Of a DNA stretch of 64,000 nt, positions 19,306-29,158 are shown in pieces. The stretch is from Pseudomonadota bacterium (lineage in GTDB: Bacteria > Pseudomonadota > Alphaproteobacteria > Sphingomonadales > Sphingomonadaceae), in NCBI GenBank assembly GCA_039819365.1, contig JBCBSD010000003.1:69953-133952 (forward strand). The letters are read 5' to 3'. The position numbers were made by a program, and so were the translations under genes. The first letter of the stretch is position 1. Each line of letters opens with the position of its first letter. The notes beneath the pieces are model-generated. The model worked only from the letters and a program-made list of their open reading frames with translations, was not told the DNA's origin and did no database searches.

Positions 19306-19614
19306 ATGGAGATGAACTTCAGCCCCTTTGGCGGACGCATGGACGCTGCCGGCAGGATCAAGCCGGACTTCCGCGCGCTGGTCGCTCTGCATGCCGCGGC
19401 GCAGGCTGCGCAGCCGACTGCCCGGCTCGCAACACGGCTGGCTATGGGGAATGACCGCACTATGGACACCGCCCAGTCTTTGATCGCGCTGTTTGCGCCG
19501 CAACCGCATGACGACGCCTTTGCCGCCGTCACGCAGGCGGCGGTTTTGCGCGGCAGTTTCAACCCGGCGGTCCCATATTGGAACGCGCCGGTAACCGAAA
19601 AGAAGGCTTGGTAA
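19306..19614 (+). CDS. hypothetical protein (102 aa)
   Basis: This is the intergenic part of track ORF 19012-19614. It starts at ATG 19306 and has moderately GC3-rich codons. I recognise no domain. Confidence 0.35.
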   Translation: MEMNFSPFGGRMDAAGRIKPDFRALVALHAAAQAAQPTARLATRLAMGNDRTMDTAQSLIALFAPQPHDDAFAAVTQAAVLRGSFNPAVPYWNAPVTEKKAW

Positions 19615-19725
19615 AATGGCTGTTTACCTTGGCATTTTAGGCTTCCTTCAACGCCCTTTGATTATAAGGCGTTCATCGTAATGCTGCGGACCAAGCCCGG
19701 ATCGGCTGATCCTATCGAGGAAAGA

Positions 19726-20025
19726 ATGATCGAAAACCAGAAGATACGCCCTGCGCAAGTGATCGGCCCCTTGGGCGAACCCTTGACGCTGGATACGCTG
19801 CCGCCGCCCTCGACCCGCCGCTGGGTCGTCCGCCGCAAGGCAGAGGTCGTCGCAGCCGTTAACGGCGGTCTGCTGACCGTCGACGAGGCCTGCGAACGCT
19901 ACGATCTCACGGTCGAGGAGTTTGCCAGCTGGCAACGCGCGATCGACCGTTCGGGCATGCCGGGTCTGCGCGTCACGCGCCTCCAGCATTACAAGTCGCT
20001 CTACGAACGTCAGCAGAAATATTAG
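19726..20025 (+). CDS. sciP: DUF1153 protein, SciP-like (CtrA-inhibitor family)
   Basis: It carries PLTLDTLPPPSTRRWVVRRKAEVVAAVNGGLLTVDEACERYDLTVEEFASWQRAI, which matches my memory of the alphaproteobacterial DUF1153/SciP family. GAGGA precedes ATG 19726. Confidence 0.7.
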   Translation: MIENQKIRPAQVIGPLGEPLTLDTLPPPSTRRWVVRRKAEVVAAVNGGLLTVDEACERYDLTVEEFASWQRAIDRSGMPGLRVTRLQHYKSLYERQQKY

Positions 20026-20072
20026 AACCGGATTTGTCGCACGGCCGAGCAGCGGTCGCCAGCGAGCAACGG

Positions 20073-20117
20073 ATTCCCCGGTCGCCATCTCCGTCGGCGG
20101 CCGGGGAATTTGTTTTT
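20073..20117 (+). terminator. rho-independent terminator downstream of sciP-like gene
   Basis: The stem ATTCCCCGG(+5 more pairs)/CCGGGGAAT is about 14 bp and is followed by TTGTTTTT. Confidence 0.8.
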
Positions 20118-20165
20118 GGGACGTAACAGTCTACTCTATCTCTCTGTAAGTCAGAATCCCGTCGC

Positions 20166-20191
20166 GGAACCGAAATGGATCGCCGCGCGTA
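20166..20191 (+). promoter_or_regulatory. candidate EcfG-type promoter upstream of yeaQ-family gene
   Basis: It reads GGAAC(20166-20170)-N17-CGTA(20188-20191), against the consensus GGAAC-N16/17-CGTT. It lies ~60 nt upstream of the ATG. Confidence 0.3.
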
Positions 20192-20253
20192 AAAGCGGAT
20201 ATAGCCTAAGGCGCTCGTCGTGGTGACGACGCGATACAGGGAGAGAAAAAGAT

Positions 20254-20517
20254 ATGGGTATCATCATCGCAATCGTTGTCGGCGGTGTCATCGGCTGGCT
20301 TGCCAGCATCGTGATGAACCGGGATGCCTCGATGGGCATCTTCTGGAACATCATCGTCGGCATTGTCGGTTCGTTTCTGGGGAAGTTTATCGGCGGCTTC
20401 TTCGGTGTCGGCGCGACATTGACCGAATGGTCGCCCATCGCATTGGGCATGTCTTTCATCGGTGCGGTAGTCCTGCTGCTGATCATGAACCTGATCCAGC
20501 GCGGACGCGTCCGCTAA
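20254..20517 (+). CDS. GlsB/YeaQ/YmgE family stress-response membrane protein
   Basis: It is an 87-aa Gly-rich TM protein: IIIAIVVGGVIGWLASIVM, GIFWNIIVGIVGSFLGKFIGG. Confidence 0.9.
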   Translation: MGIIIAIVVGGVIGWLASIVMNRDASMGIFWNIIVGIVGSFLGKFIGGFFGVGATLTEWSPIALGMSFIGAVVLLLIMNLIQRGRVR

Positions 20518-20537
20518 CAAGCGGCGAAAGAAATACG

Positions 20538-20568
20538 GGGCCGGGCAGCGATTCGCCCGGCCCTTTTT
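20538..20568. terminator. bidirectional rho-independent terminator between convergent genes
   Basis: A 9-bp all-GC stem GGGCCGGGC/GCCCGGCCC with an 8-nt loop is followed by TTTTT on the plus strand. On the other side it is preceded by an A-rich run (T-rich on the minus strand). Confidence 0.8.
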
Positions 20569-20590
20569 GTACGTCTATTGCAGCTTACTT

Positions 20591-21319
20591 CTACTGAAGC
20601 TCGAACGTCACCGAGACATTCGCCGTGAGCCGCTGTTCGCCGGGCGCAACCTGCAGGGGCGCCGCTTCTTCGACAGCGTCCATCGCCATCGCGCGGCCGG
20701 CCATGATGACGGGCGGCTGCGCCGCGCCGGCTTCGCTGATGGCGACTATGCGCACGACCTGCATCCCGGTGGCGGCGGCATAGAGTTCGGCGCGCTCGCG
20801 CGCCTTGCGCACCGCATCGCGCCGCGCCTCGTTCAGCGCCGCCTCAGGCGAATCGATCTGAAAGCTCGGCCCGTTGATCTGGTTCACGCCCTGCGCGACC
20901 AAAGTGTCGATCACCGATCCCGCCTGTTCGATCTCGCGAAAACGGATCGTCAGTTGGTTCGAGGCGGTATAGCCGAGCAGGCGGCGTTCGTTCCGGTCCG
21001 AATAATCGTAGCGCGGACTGAGGCTGATCGATGCGGTCTGGATATCGCGATCGGCGAACCCGGCGGCCTCGAGCGCATCGAACACCCGGCTCATCTGGCG
21101 ATTGTTGGCCTGGAGCGCGGCCGAGGCAGTCGGCGCCTCGGTCACGATACCGGCACCGATGACCGCCACATCCGGGGTCCGGCGCGACTCGCCGGTGGCG
21201 ACGATATCGAGTCGCGTTCCGTCGATCACGGACATTGGCGCGGCGGTCTGAGCCGTTGCCGAAGGCGAAACGGTCACCGCGAAACAGGCAAAGGCGAGCG
21301 TTGGAACAAGATATCTCAT
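20591..21319 (-). CDS. SIMPL domain (DUF541) periplasmic protein
   Basis: The signal peptide is MRYLVPTLAFACFAVTV. It has the SIMPL-type pattern (ANNRQMSRVFDALEAAG, YTASNQLTIRFRE, INGPSFQIDSPEAALNEARRDAVRKARERAELYA). GGGAG is 8 nt upstream of ATG 21319. Confidence 0.85.
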   Translation of the reverse strand: MRYLVPTLAFACFAVTVSPSATAQTAAPMSVIDGTRLDIVATGESRRTPDVAVIGAGIVTEAPTASAALQANNRQMSRVFDALEAAGFADRDIQTASISLSPRYDYSDRNERRLLGYTASNQLTIRFREIEQAGSVIDTLVAQGVNQINGPSFQIDSPEAALNEARRDAVRKARERAELYAAATGMQVVRIVAISEAGAAQPPVIMAGRAMAMDAVEEAAPLQVAPGEQRLTANVSVTFELQ

Positions 21320-21357
21320 CAATGGCACTCCCGATATGATATGAGCCGATACTATTG

Positions 21358-21383
21358 AACCATCGGCCCGCTATACCCGTTCC
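21358..21383 (-). promoter_or_regulatory. candidate EcfG-type promoter upstream of SIMPL gene
   Basis: The minus strand reads GGAAC(21383-21379)-N17-GGTT(21361-21358). It lies ~39 nt upstream of ATG 21319. Confidence 0.35.
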
Positions 21384-21563
21384 TCCGAGCAGATTCGTGG
21401 TTGCGCTTCGATGAACGGTCGAATCCGTCCGTTAGGACACCTTGATTTCGCACTGCAAAAAACGCAAACGAACCGCGAAAACACTTACCGCTTGAGCCTT
21501 GTGTTTTATTAATGTAATACAGCACGACAGTGAAAGATGCGGAGTAAGGCCAAGGTGGCAGAT

Positions 21564-22772
21564 ATGAATATCGAACAACGCTTTACAGGCGAAGAGGCAG
21601 CGCCGATGAGCGAATTTGAAGAAGAAGAAAGGCGGCGCGACCGCCGGCGGCGGGTCATCATCATCGGGACCGTCGTCGCCGCGCTCGCCATCGTCGCCGC
21701 CTATTTCCTGTTCGCCGGCGGGGCCGGAGAGAATGCAGGTCCGGCAGCGGGCGAAGACGGCCCGGCGCGCGCATTGCCGACGGTGACCGTAATCGTTCCC
21801 GGTTCACAGTCGATATCGAACACGATCAGCGCCAGCGGCACACTGGCCGCGCGGCGCCCGATGCCTGTCGGCGTCGCCGGCGAAGGCGGACAGATCGCGC
21901 GCGTCCTGGTGGATGCCGGCGACTGGGTCGGCGCCGGCCAGGTTCTGGCGACCATCGAGAGTTCGGTCCAGTCTCAACAGGTCAGCGGCGCAGCGGCGCA
22001 GCTTGAGGTCGCGCGCGCCAATCTGGCGCTCGCCCAGGCCAATCTCGATCGCTCGCTCCAGCTCGTCGAGCGCGGCTTCATCAGCCAGGCCGATATCGAC
22101 CGACTGACGGCGACCCGCGATGCCGAACGAGCGCGCGTCAACGTATCGGCAGCCCAGCTCAACGAGTTGCGCGCGCGCGCTGGGCGTCTGGCGATCCGTG
22201 CGCCGTCTGCCGGACTCGTACTCGCGCGCGACGCCGAGCCGGGCCAGGTCGTCAGTGCCGGCAGCGGCGCGTTGTTCATGCTCGCCCAAGGCGGCGAAAT
22301 GGAAATGAACGCGCAGGTCTCCGAATCCGATCTCAGCCGGATGTCGGTTGGCCAGCAGGCGACGATCACTCCGGTCGGCACGGCCGATCGCTTTGTCGGA
22401 CAGATCTGGCAGCTCTCGCCGACCATCGACGCTACGAGCCGGCAGGGCCGCGCGCGTATTGCGCTACCCTATCAGGAGGGCCTGCGCCCGGGCGGGTTCG
22501 CCAGCGCCGAGATTGTCAGCGGCTCGGTCGATGCGCCGATGCTGCCCGAGTCGGCCGTGCAGAGCGACAGCGACGGCAATTATGTGTATATTATCAATGA
22601 GGATAACATCGTCGAACGCCGCGACGTGACCATCGGTACGGTCGGCACCGCGGGCATTACGATCCGCGAGGGCCTGCGAGGCAATGAGCGGGTCGTACGG
22701 TCGGCAGGGGCGTTCCTCAATCCGGGAGACGAGGTCATCCCACGGCGTATGTCCCAGGAAGAAGAGAGCTAG
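21564..22772 (+). CDS. efflux RND transporter periplasmic adaptor (membrane fusion protein)
   Basis: It has an N-terminal anchor, a coiled-coil hairpin (QLEVARANLALAQANLDRSLQL...AERARVNVSAAQLNELRA), and lipoyl and beta-barrel segments. An alternative ATG is at 21537. Confidence 0.88.
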   Translation: MNIEQRFTGEEAAPMSEFEEEERRRDRRRRVIIIGTVVAALAIVAAYFLFAGGAGENAGPAAGEDGPARALPTVTVIVPGSQSISNTISASGTLAARRPMPVGVAGEGGQIARVLVDAGDWVGAGQVLATIESSVQSQQVSGAAAQLEVARANLALAQANLDRSLQLVERGFISQADIDRLTATRDAERARVNVSAAQLNELRARAGRLAIRAPSAGLVLARDAEPGQVVSAGSGALFMLAQGGEMEMNAQVSESDLSRMSVGQQATITPVGTADRFVGQIWQLSPTIDATSRQGRARIALPYQEGLRPGGFASAEIVSGSVDAPMLPESAVQSDSDGNYVYIINEDNIVERRDVTIGTVGTAGITIREGLRGNERVVRSAGAFLNPGDEVIPRRMSQEEES

Positions 22773-22781
22773 GATCCATTC

Positions 22782-25700
22782 ATGAGTTTCCGGACAGTAT
22801 CGACCTGGGCCATCAAGAACCCGACTCCGCCGCTCGTGCTGTTCCTCGGGCTGATGCTGGCCGGTATCGTCAGTTTCGTCAGGCTCGACGTCAATGACAG
22901 TCCCGAGGTCGATTTTCCCGCCGTCCAAGTAATCATCGCGCAGCCGGGCGCGGCGCCGACGGAGCTGGAAAACCAGGTCACGCAGCGGGTCGAGGCGGCG
23001 GTACGGAATATCAGCGGCGTCAACACGCTGTCCTCCTTCGTCAACGAAGGCAATTCGCGCACCTTTATCGAGTTCACCATCGGCACGCCGGTCGACCGGG
23101 CCGTGAACGATGTCCGCAACGCGATCGCCCAGATTCGCGGCGACCTGCCCGAAGGTATTCTCGAACCGCAGATCATCCGCGTCGAGATCAATGGCGGCGG
23201 GACCATCGCCTATTTCGCGGTCGAAAATGTCGACATGACGCTCGAGGAACTGAGCTGGTTCGTCGACAATACGGTGGCGCGCGAGCTGCTCTCCATCGAC
23301 GGCATGGCGGCTGTCGATCGCGGCGGCGGGGTCAGCCGCGAGATTCGCGTGATCCTCGATCCGGCACGCCTCCAATCGCTCGGTATCACGGCAAGCCAGG
23401 TCAATGCGCAACTGCGCGCGGTCAATCTGAACGCCGCCGGGGGCCGTGCCGAAGTCGCGGGCTCCGAACAGTCGGTCCGCGTGCTCGGCAACGCTGAAAC
23501 CGCCTATGAACTGGGGCAGACGGATATTGCGCTGGGCGGCGGTCGCACTATCAAGCTTGCCGATATCGCCGATGTGCGCGATCTTTATGGCGAACAGCGT
23601 TCGCTGTCCAAGATGAACAATCGCCAGGTGTTGAGTTTCGGCATCGAGCGGGCGAAGGGCGCATCCGACGTCACGGTCTATGACGAAGCGGAGCGGGTGC
23701 TGGCGGAGATCGAGGAAGACAATCCGGGCGTCCAGTTCACCCGGCTTTTCACGACGGTCGAATATACGCGCGAGAATTACGAATCGGCGATGATGGCGCT
23801 GATCGAGGGCGCGATCCTGGCGGTGATCGTGGTCTGGTTCTTCCTGCGCGACTGGCGGGCGACGCTGATCTCGGCGATCGCGATCCCGCTGTCCGCCATT
23901 CCGACCTTCTGGTTCATGGATCTGTTCGGCTTCTCGCTCAACTTCATCAGCCTGTTGGCGCTGAGTCTGGTGGCCGGTGTCCTTGTCGACGACGCGATCG
24001 TGGAGATCGAGAATATCGTCAGACATATGCGGATGGGCAAATCCAGTTATCAGGCATCGATCGACGCGGCCGAGGAAATCAGCCTTGCCGTGCTGGCCAC
24101 GACCATGGCGATCGTCGCCGTGTTCATGCCTGTCGCGCTGATGCCCGGCATCTCCGGCCAGTTCTTCATTCAGTTCGGCGTGACGACGGTGGTCGCGGTG
24201 ATCATGAGCCTCGCCGTCGCGCGATTGATAACGCCGCTGGTCGCCGCCTATTTCCTGCGCGCCGAAGGCGTGCGCGAACATGGCGAAGGCCCGGTGATGG
24301 ACCGCTATATGGCGCTGCTCAAATGGTCGCTCGTCCATCGCTGGAAAACGGCGCTGATCGGCGGCGGCGGCGCGCTCGTAGCTACCATATTCGCGTTCAG
24401 CCAGCTGCCAATGACGTTCCAGCCGGAAACCGATGACGATTTCAGCCGGGTCAATATCGAGATGGTGCCGGGCACCACGCTCGAGGAAACCGAACGCGTA
24501 TCGGATCAGGTCGCCGCGATCCTCCGCGAGCAGCCCGAGGTCCGCACCGCTTTCCAGCGGATCGACCCGGGCAGCGGACGCATCTTCATGACCTTGCATG
24601 ACGATCGCGAGCGCAAGAGCACCGAATTCGAACGCGAAACCGCACCTCTGCTGCGCGCGATTCCCGACGCGCGCGTCACCTTCATTTCGCAGCAGGGCGG
24701 GTTCAGCGGCCGCGATATCTCTATGGTTATCGGCGGCGACGACCCGGATGTACTGCAAGAGGCCGCCGACGAACTCGTCCGCCAGATGAGCGAGCTGGAC
24801 ACCGTCGTCGCGCCGCGCATCGATGGCGATCTCCGTCGACCCGAGATCGTGGTCACCCCGCGTCTCGATCTCGCCGCCGATCTCGGCGTAACCACGGCCG
24901 AACTCAGCCGCGCCATCCGCATCGCGACGCAGGGCGAGATCGATCAGAATGCCGCGCGCTTCTCGCTCAGCGACCGGCAGATTCCGATCCGTGTAGCCCT
25001 CGCCGAAGAATCGCGCCGCGATCTGTCGACGATCGAAAACCTGCCGGTGACGACGCAAAATGGCGGCTCCGTGCCGCTGCGCCTGGTCGCGGAAATCGGC
25101 TTCGGATCGGGCCCGACCGAGATCCGCCGCTATGACCAGCGCCGCCGCATCGTCGTCGGCGCCGATCTCGCGCCCGGCTTGGTGACCGGCGATGCCATGT
25201 CGGAAATCAACGCCCTGCCCTTCTGGGAAGATTTGCCGCCGGGCATCGACCGGGTGATCGCCGGCCCCGAGGAATGGCAGGCGGAAATGCTGTTCAACTT
25301 CGTCGTCGCCGTGCTGTCCGGGGTTTTGCTCGTCTTCGCGGTCCTCGTGCTGCTCTATCGCCGGATAATGGCGCCGCTCGTGAACATGGGATCCTTGTTG
25401 CTGGCGCCGCTCGGCAGCGCGATTGCGCTGCACATCGTCGGCCAGCCGCTCTCCATGCCGGTCTTTATCGGCCTGCTGATGCTGCTCGGCATCGTCGCCA
25501 AAAACTCGATACTGCTCGTCGATTTCGCGATCGAAGAGATGGACAAAGGCGTCGACAAGGACACCGCGATCATCGATGCGGGCCATAAACGCGCCCAGCC
25601 TATCGTGATGACCACAGTCGCCATGACGGCCGGCATGATCCCGACCGCGCTAGCCCTGACCGGGGACGGCGCATGGCGCGCGCCCATGGGCTGGACCGTG

Positions 25701-25862
25701 ATCGGCGGTCTGCTGCTCTCGACCGTGCTCACGCTGGTGATCGTTCCGGCCTGTTTCAGCCTCGCCGACAGCACCGAGAAACGGCTGCGGCGCTTCTTCG
25801 GACGGGCAATCACCTATAAGCCCGGCGATGACGAGAAGGCGACGATCCAGCCCGCCGAATGA
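22782..25862 (+). CDS. efflux RND transporter permease (AcrB/HAE1-like)
   Basis: It is a 1026-aa 12-TM protein with two large periplasmic loops. The motif [22 protein letters not shown] is present. Confidence 0.95.
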   Translation: MSFRTVSTWAIKNPTPPLVLFLGLMLAGIVSFVRLDVNDSPEVDFPAVQVIIAQPGAAPTELENQVTQRVEAAVRNISGVNTLSSFVNEGNSRTFIEFTIGTPVDRAVNDVRNAIAQIRGDLPEGILEPQIIRVEINGGGTIAYFAVENVDMTLEELSWFVDNTVARELLSIDGMAAVDRGGGVSREIRVILDPARLQSLGITASQVNAQLRAVNLNAAGGRAEVAGSEQSVRVLGNAETAYELGQTDIALGGGRTIKLADIADVRDLYGEQRSLSKMNNRQVLSFGIERAKGASDVTVYDEAERVLAEIEEDNPGVQFTRLFTTVEYTRENYESAMMALIEGAILAVIVVWFFLRDWRATLISAIAIPLSAIPTFWFMDLFGFSLNFISLLALSLVAGVLVDDAIVEIENIVRHMRMGKSSYQASIDAAEEISLAVLATTMAIVAVFMPVALMPGISGQFFIQFGVTTVVAVIMSLAVARLITPLVAAYFLRAEGVREHGEGPVMDRYMALLKWSLVHRWKTALIGGGGALVATIFAFSQLPMTFQPETDDDFSRVNIEMVPGTTLEETERVSDQVAAILREQPEVRTAFQRIDPGSGRIFMTLHDDRERKSTEFERETAPLLRAIPDARVTFISQQGGFSGRDISMVIGGDDPDVLQEAADELVRQMSELDTVVAPRIDGDLRRPEIVVTPRLDLAADLGVTTAELSRAIRIATQGEIDQNAARFSLSDRQIPIRVALAEESRRDLSTIENLPVTTQNGGSVPLRLVAEIGFGSGPTEIRRYDQRRRIVVGADLAPGLVTGDAMSEINALPFWEDLPPGIDRVIAGPEEWQAEMLFNFVVAVLSGVLLVFAVLVLLYRRIMAPLVNMGSLLLAPLGSAIALHIVGQPLSMPVFIGLLMLLGIVAKNSILLVDFAIEEMDKGVDKDTAIIDAGHKRAQPIVMTTVAMTAGMIPTALALTGDGAWRAPMGWTVIGGLLLSTVLTLVIVPACFSLADSTEKRLRRFFGRAITYKPGDDEKATIQPAE

Positions 25863-27130
25863 CGTCCCACGATCCTTCCCGGCCGATCAGCCGGTTCGAT
25901 TCGACCGAAGACCGCGGACGCGCGATGCGGCGCACCGCAACCGCCATGCTCTTCCTCATGGGCGGGATCTTCGTCCTCGCGCACAATATGGAAGAGGCGC
26001 ACCCGGCCTGGGGATTCGTTCGCGCCTTCGCCGAAGCGGCCATGGTCGGCGGACTCGCCGACTGGTTCGCAGTGACCGCGCTGTTCCGCCATCCGATGGG
26101 CATTCCGATCCCGCACACCGCAATAGTCCCGCGCAAAAAAGACCAGATCGGCGAACAGCTGGCCTGGTTCCTGCGCGACAACTTCCTGACGCCCGCCGTC
26201 GTGGCGCGCCGCATGAAGCGGTTTGACGTCGCCGATGCGATCGGCAATTTCCTGACCAATCCCGAAGGCGGCGGTGGCCGGATGCGCGAAGGCGCGTCCA
26301 AGCTGATCGCGATGATCCTCGAAAATCTCGACGATGAACGACTCGGCGGCACGACCAAGACGATGATCGCCAACCGGCTGCGCGAACTCGACGTCGCACC
26401 CTTGCTAGGACAGTCCATGGTCGCCGCGATGCGCGAGGACCGGCACGTACCAGTGGTCGACGGTATAGTTCGCTGGGCGGCGAATATCCTCGATTCCAAC
26501 GAGGAGATCGTCCGCGCGATGGTCTATGAGCGGGCCAATAATTTCATGCGCTGGCTGGCGATCGACGACCGATTGTCCGACGCGATCATCAACGGCCTGC
26601 GCCGCCTGCTCGTCCAGATGGAAGGCGATCCGCACCATCCGCTGCGCGATCAGGCGAATGAAGGCTTTGTCCGCCTCGCCTTCGATCTCCAGCATGACGC
26701 CGAGATCCAGGCGCGGGTGGAAAAATTCAAACTCGAAATGATCGACAATCCGGCCGTTACCGAATGGCTGGACAGCCTTTGGGAACAGGCCCGCGAAGCG
26801 CTGCTTCGCGCCGCCCGCGATCCCGACCGGGCGATGGAAGGCCGGTTCGGCGAAGCGCTGCAGGAACTCGGCCGGACGCTGCAGGACGACCCGGAAATCA
26901 AACGCGCGATCAACAGCTTCGCCCGCCGCGCAACGGTTGGCGCCGTCGCCGATTATGGCGACAGCCTCGTCCGGCTCGTCTCCGAGACGGTCAAGAGCTG
27001 GGACGCGGAAACGATCACCGAACGTGTCGAAAACGCCGTGAGCCGCGATCTGCAATATATACGGATGAACGGAACGCTCGTCGGCGGCTTGGTCGGCCTC
27101 ACCATCCACACGATCATCACGATTTTCTGA
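25859..27130 (+). CDS. DUF445 family membrane-associated protein (YjiN-like)
   Basis: It carries GGLADWFAVTALFRHPMGIPIPHTAIVPRKKDQIG and the C-terminal LQYIRMNGTLVGGLVG, typical of DUF445. Its ATG overlaps the RND stop (ATGA). Confidence 0.8.
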   Translation: MTSHDPSRPISRFDSTEDRGRAMRRTATAMLFLMGGIFVLAHNMEEAHPAWGFVRAFAEAAMVGGLADWFAVTALFRHPMGIPIPHTAIVPRKKDQIGEQLAWFLRDNFLTPAVVARRMKRFDVADAIGNFLTNPEGGGGRMREGASKLIAMILENLDDERLGGTTKTMIANRLRELDVAPLLGQSMVAAMREDRHVPVVDGIVRWAANILDSNEEIVRAMVYERANNFMRWLAIDDRLSDAIINGLRRLLVQMEGDPHHPLRDQANEGFVRLAFDLQHDAEIQARVEKFKLEMIDNPAVTEWLDSLWEQAREALLRAARDPDRAMEGRFGEALQELGRTLQDDPEIKRAINSFARRATVGAVADYGDSLVRLVSETVKSWDAETITERVENAVSRDLQYIRMNGTLVGGLVGLTIHTIITIF

Positions 27131-27142
27131 GCGCGCGCTTGT

Positions 27143-27323
27143 TTGTCAGGCTCGACCTGTCGGTCGAGCGCGGCACCGGCCCTCTCCCCCTCCCGGCCTC
27201 CCACCAGGATATACTCAATGGGAGGCCGGGAGGGGGAGAGGGCCGGTGCGGCGACATTGCGTCAGCAATGTTCTGACAGATAAGTCCTAGTGCCGCACTC
27301 GATCGACAGGTCGAGTCTGACAA
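27143..27323. repeat. nested palindromic intergenic element, copy 1
   Basis: An outer 34-bp inverted repeat spans 27143-27176 and 27290-27323 (31/34 complementary). Inside is a perfect 31-bp stem (27173-27203/27219-27249, 15-nt loop) plus a 6-bp hairpin CATTGC-GTCA-GCAATG. The core recurs at 63596-63730. Confidence 0.9.
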
Positions 27324-27334
27324 GAAATACCTTC

Positions 27335-28618
27335 TTACCCCTCGCTGACGCGCTCGATATCGGCACCCACGCCGCCAAGCTTCTCTTCAAGCCGCTCGTA
27401 ACCGCGGTCGAGATGGTAGACGCGCAACACTTTCGTTTCGCCCTTGGCGGCCAACCCGGCCAGCACGAGGCTCATCGACGCGCGCAAATCCGTCGCCATG
27501 ACATTGGCGCCGACCAGTTCCTCGACGCCCTTCACGACCGCCGTCCGACCGCGCACGTCGATATCCGCGCCCATCCGCGCGAGCTCCGGCACATGCATGT
27601 AGCGGTTCTCGAAGATCGTTTCGGTGAGCGTACTCGTGCCGTCTGCCAGTGCCAGCATCGCCATGAATTGTGCCTGCATGTCGGTCGGAAAGCCGGGGAA
27701 AGGCGCGGTCGAAATCGTCGCAGGATCGAGCCGACCATTGGCGGTCACGTTAACACCATCGTCCAGCTCCTCGACCGTAAGCCCCACGTCGCGCAGGCCT
27801 GCGATGATCGAGGGCATGTCGGCGGCGCACGCGCCTTTCAGCACCAGTTCGCCGCCTGTGATCGCCGCGGCACAGGCATAGCTGCCGGCTTCGATCCGGT
27901 CCGGCATCACGCTGTAGGTCGCGCCGTGCAGGCGATCCTTGCCGTGGATGACCAGCCGGTCCGTCCCGATATTCTCGATCTCCGCGCCCATCGCGACCAG
28001 GCAGTTGCACAGATCGACGATTTCCGGTTCGCGCGCGGCATTTTCAATCACCGTTTCGCCCGTGGCGAGAACGGCGGCCATTACGGCATTTTCGGTCGCG
28101 CCGACGGAGACGACCGGAAAGGATATAGTCCCGCCCCTCAGCCCGCCGTCCGGCGCGCTCGCCTTTACATAACCGGCCGCGAGTTCGATCTCCGCGCCCA
28201 GCGCTTCCAGTGCCTTGAGGTGCAGGTCGATCGGCCGGTTGCCGATCGCGCAGCCGCCGGGCATCGAGACCGTCGCCTCCCCGGCGCGCGCGACGAGCGG
28301 GCCGAGCACGAGGATCGACGCGCGCATCTTGCGGACGAAATCATAGGGCGCGACCGTCGATGCGATGGTCTTGGCCTTGATCGTCATCGCGCGGCCATAG
28401 CCGCCATTATGCGCGCCCTTGAGCATCGTCGATGCACCATGCTGGTTCAACAGGTGCATGAAACCGTCGACATCGGCGAGCCGCGGCAGATTTTCGAGCG
28501 TGAGGATTTCGTCGGTCAGCAATGCGCACGGCATGAGCGTGAGCACGGCGTTCTTGGCGCCCGAGATCTGCAAGGTTCCGGAAAGGCGGTTGCCGCCGCG
28601 TATTACGATACTGTCCAT
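27335..28618 (-). CDS. murA: UDP-N-acetylglucosamine 1-carboxyvinyltransferase
   Basis: It carries [26 protein letters not shown] and the catalytic-Cys loop ([14 protein letters not shown]). It is 427 aa. Confidence 0.97.
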   Translation of the reverse strand: MDSIVIRGGNRLSGTLQISGAKNAVLTLMPCALLTDEILTLENLPRLADVDGFMHLLNQHGASTMLKGAHNGGYGRAMTIKAKTIASTVAPYDFVRKMRASILVLGPLVARAGEATVSMPGGCAIGNRPIDLHLKALEALGAEIELAAGYVKASAPDGGLRGGTISFPVVSVGATENAVMAAVLATGETVIENAAREPEIVDLCNCLVAMGAEIENIGTDRLVIHGKDRLHGATYSVMPDRIEAGSYACAAAITGGELVLKGACAADMPSIIAGLRDVGLTVEELDDGVNVTANGRLDPATISTAPFPGFPTDMQAQFMAMLALADGTSTLTETIFENRYMHVPELARMGADIDVRGRTAVVKGVEELVGANVMATDLRASMSLVLAGLAAKGETKVLRVYHLDRGYERLEEKLGGVGADIERVSEG

Positions 28619-28679
28619 GAGCGGCTTCTAGCGAAAGCTGCGGAACGCGCAATCCCGCGGGGCGGCCAGAACGGGCCGG

Positions 28680-29036
28680 TCAGGCTTTTTCGAGCGTGCA
28701 TTGCAGCGGATGCTGGTTCTCGCGCGCGAAATCGATGACCTGGTTGACCTTGGTCTCCGCAACTTCATAGCTGAAGATGCCGCAGACGCCGACGCCGCGC
28801 TGATGGACGTGCAGCATGACGCGGGTCGCATCGTCCATGCTCATGCTGAAGAAGCGCTGCAGGACAAGCACGACGAACTCCATCGGCGTGAAATCGTCAT
28901 TCAGCATCAGCACCTTGTAAGGCGACGGCTTCTTCGTCTTGGTGCGCGTCTGGGTGGCGACGCCGACATTGCCGTTCCCGGCATCATCGTCTTCGTCGCG
29001 GTCGTCCGCTGCGGAGATTGCGAAGCTGTTGAGCAT
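28680..29036 (-). CDS. clpS: ATP-dependent Clp protease adaptor ClpS
   Basis: The core is [24 protein letters not shown]...[17 protein letters not shown]. Confidence 0.95.
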   Translation of the reverse strand: MLNSFAISAADDRDEDDDAGNGNVGVATQTRTKTKKPSPYKVLMLNDDFTPMEFVVLVLQRFFSMSMDDATRVMLHVHQRGVGVCGIFSYEVAETKVNQVIDFARENQHPLQCTLEKA

Positions 29037-29096
29037 GATGCGATAAATATCGTGAAGCGGGCCCCGGACGCAAGGGGTCGATTCGACGAACCTCCA

Positions 29097-29128
29097 AAGA
29101 AAAAGGCCGCCCCGTTGCCGGAGCGACC
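29097..29128 (-). terminator. rho-independent terminator of phaP
   Basis: On minus-strand RNA a 10-bp stem forms (GGUCGCUCCG/CGGGGCGGCC, two G-U pairs, 4-nt loop), followed by UUUUUCUU. The G-U pairs become C-A mismatches on the plus strand, which fits minus-strand use. Confidence 0.7.
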
Positions 29129-29158
29129 TTTTCTTATCTTCGCAAAAGCGCCTGAAAG

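Noticed and set aside
19146-19725. I looked for CtrA boxes (TTAA-N7-TTAA) upstream of the SciP-like gene.
   Set aside because: Only a half-match is present (TTAA-N7-GAAC near 19155-19170). There is no TTAA at all in the 110 nt directly upstream of the gene.
27117-27323. This is a 68-aa ORF containing PSPPPGLP. Its counterpart is 63340-63708, with PSPPPDLP.
   Set aside because: Both are read-throughs of the palindromic repeat elements. The similar peptides are a by-product of the repeated DNA, not conserved genes.
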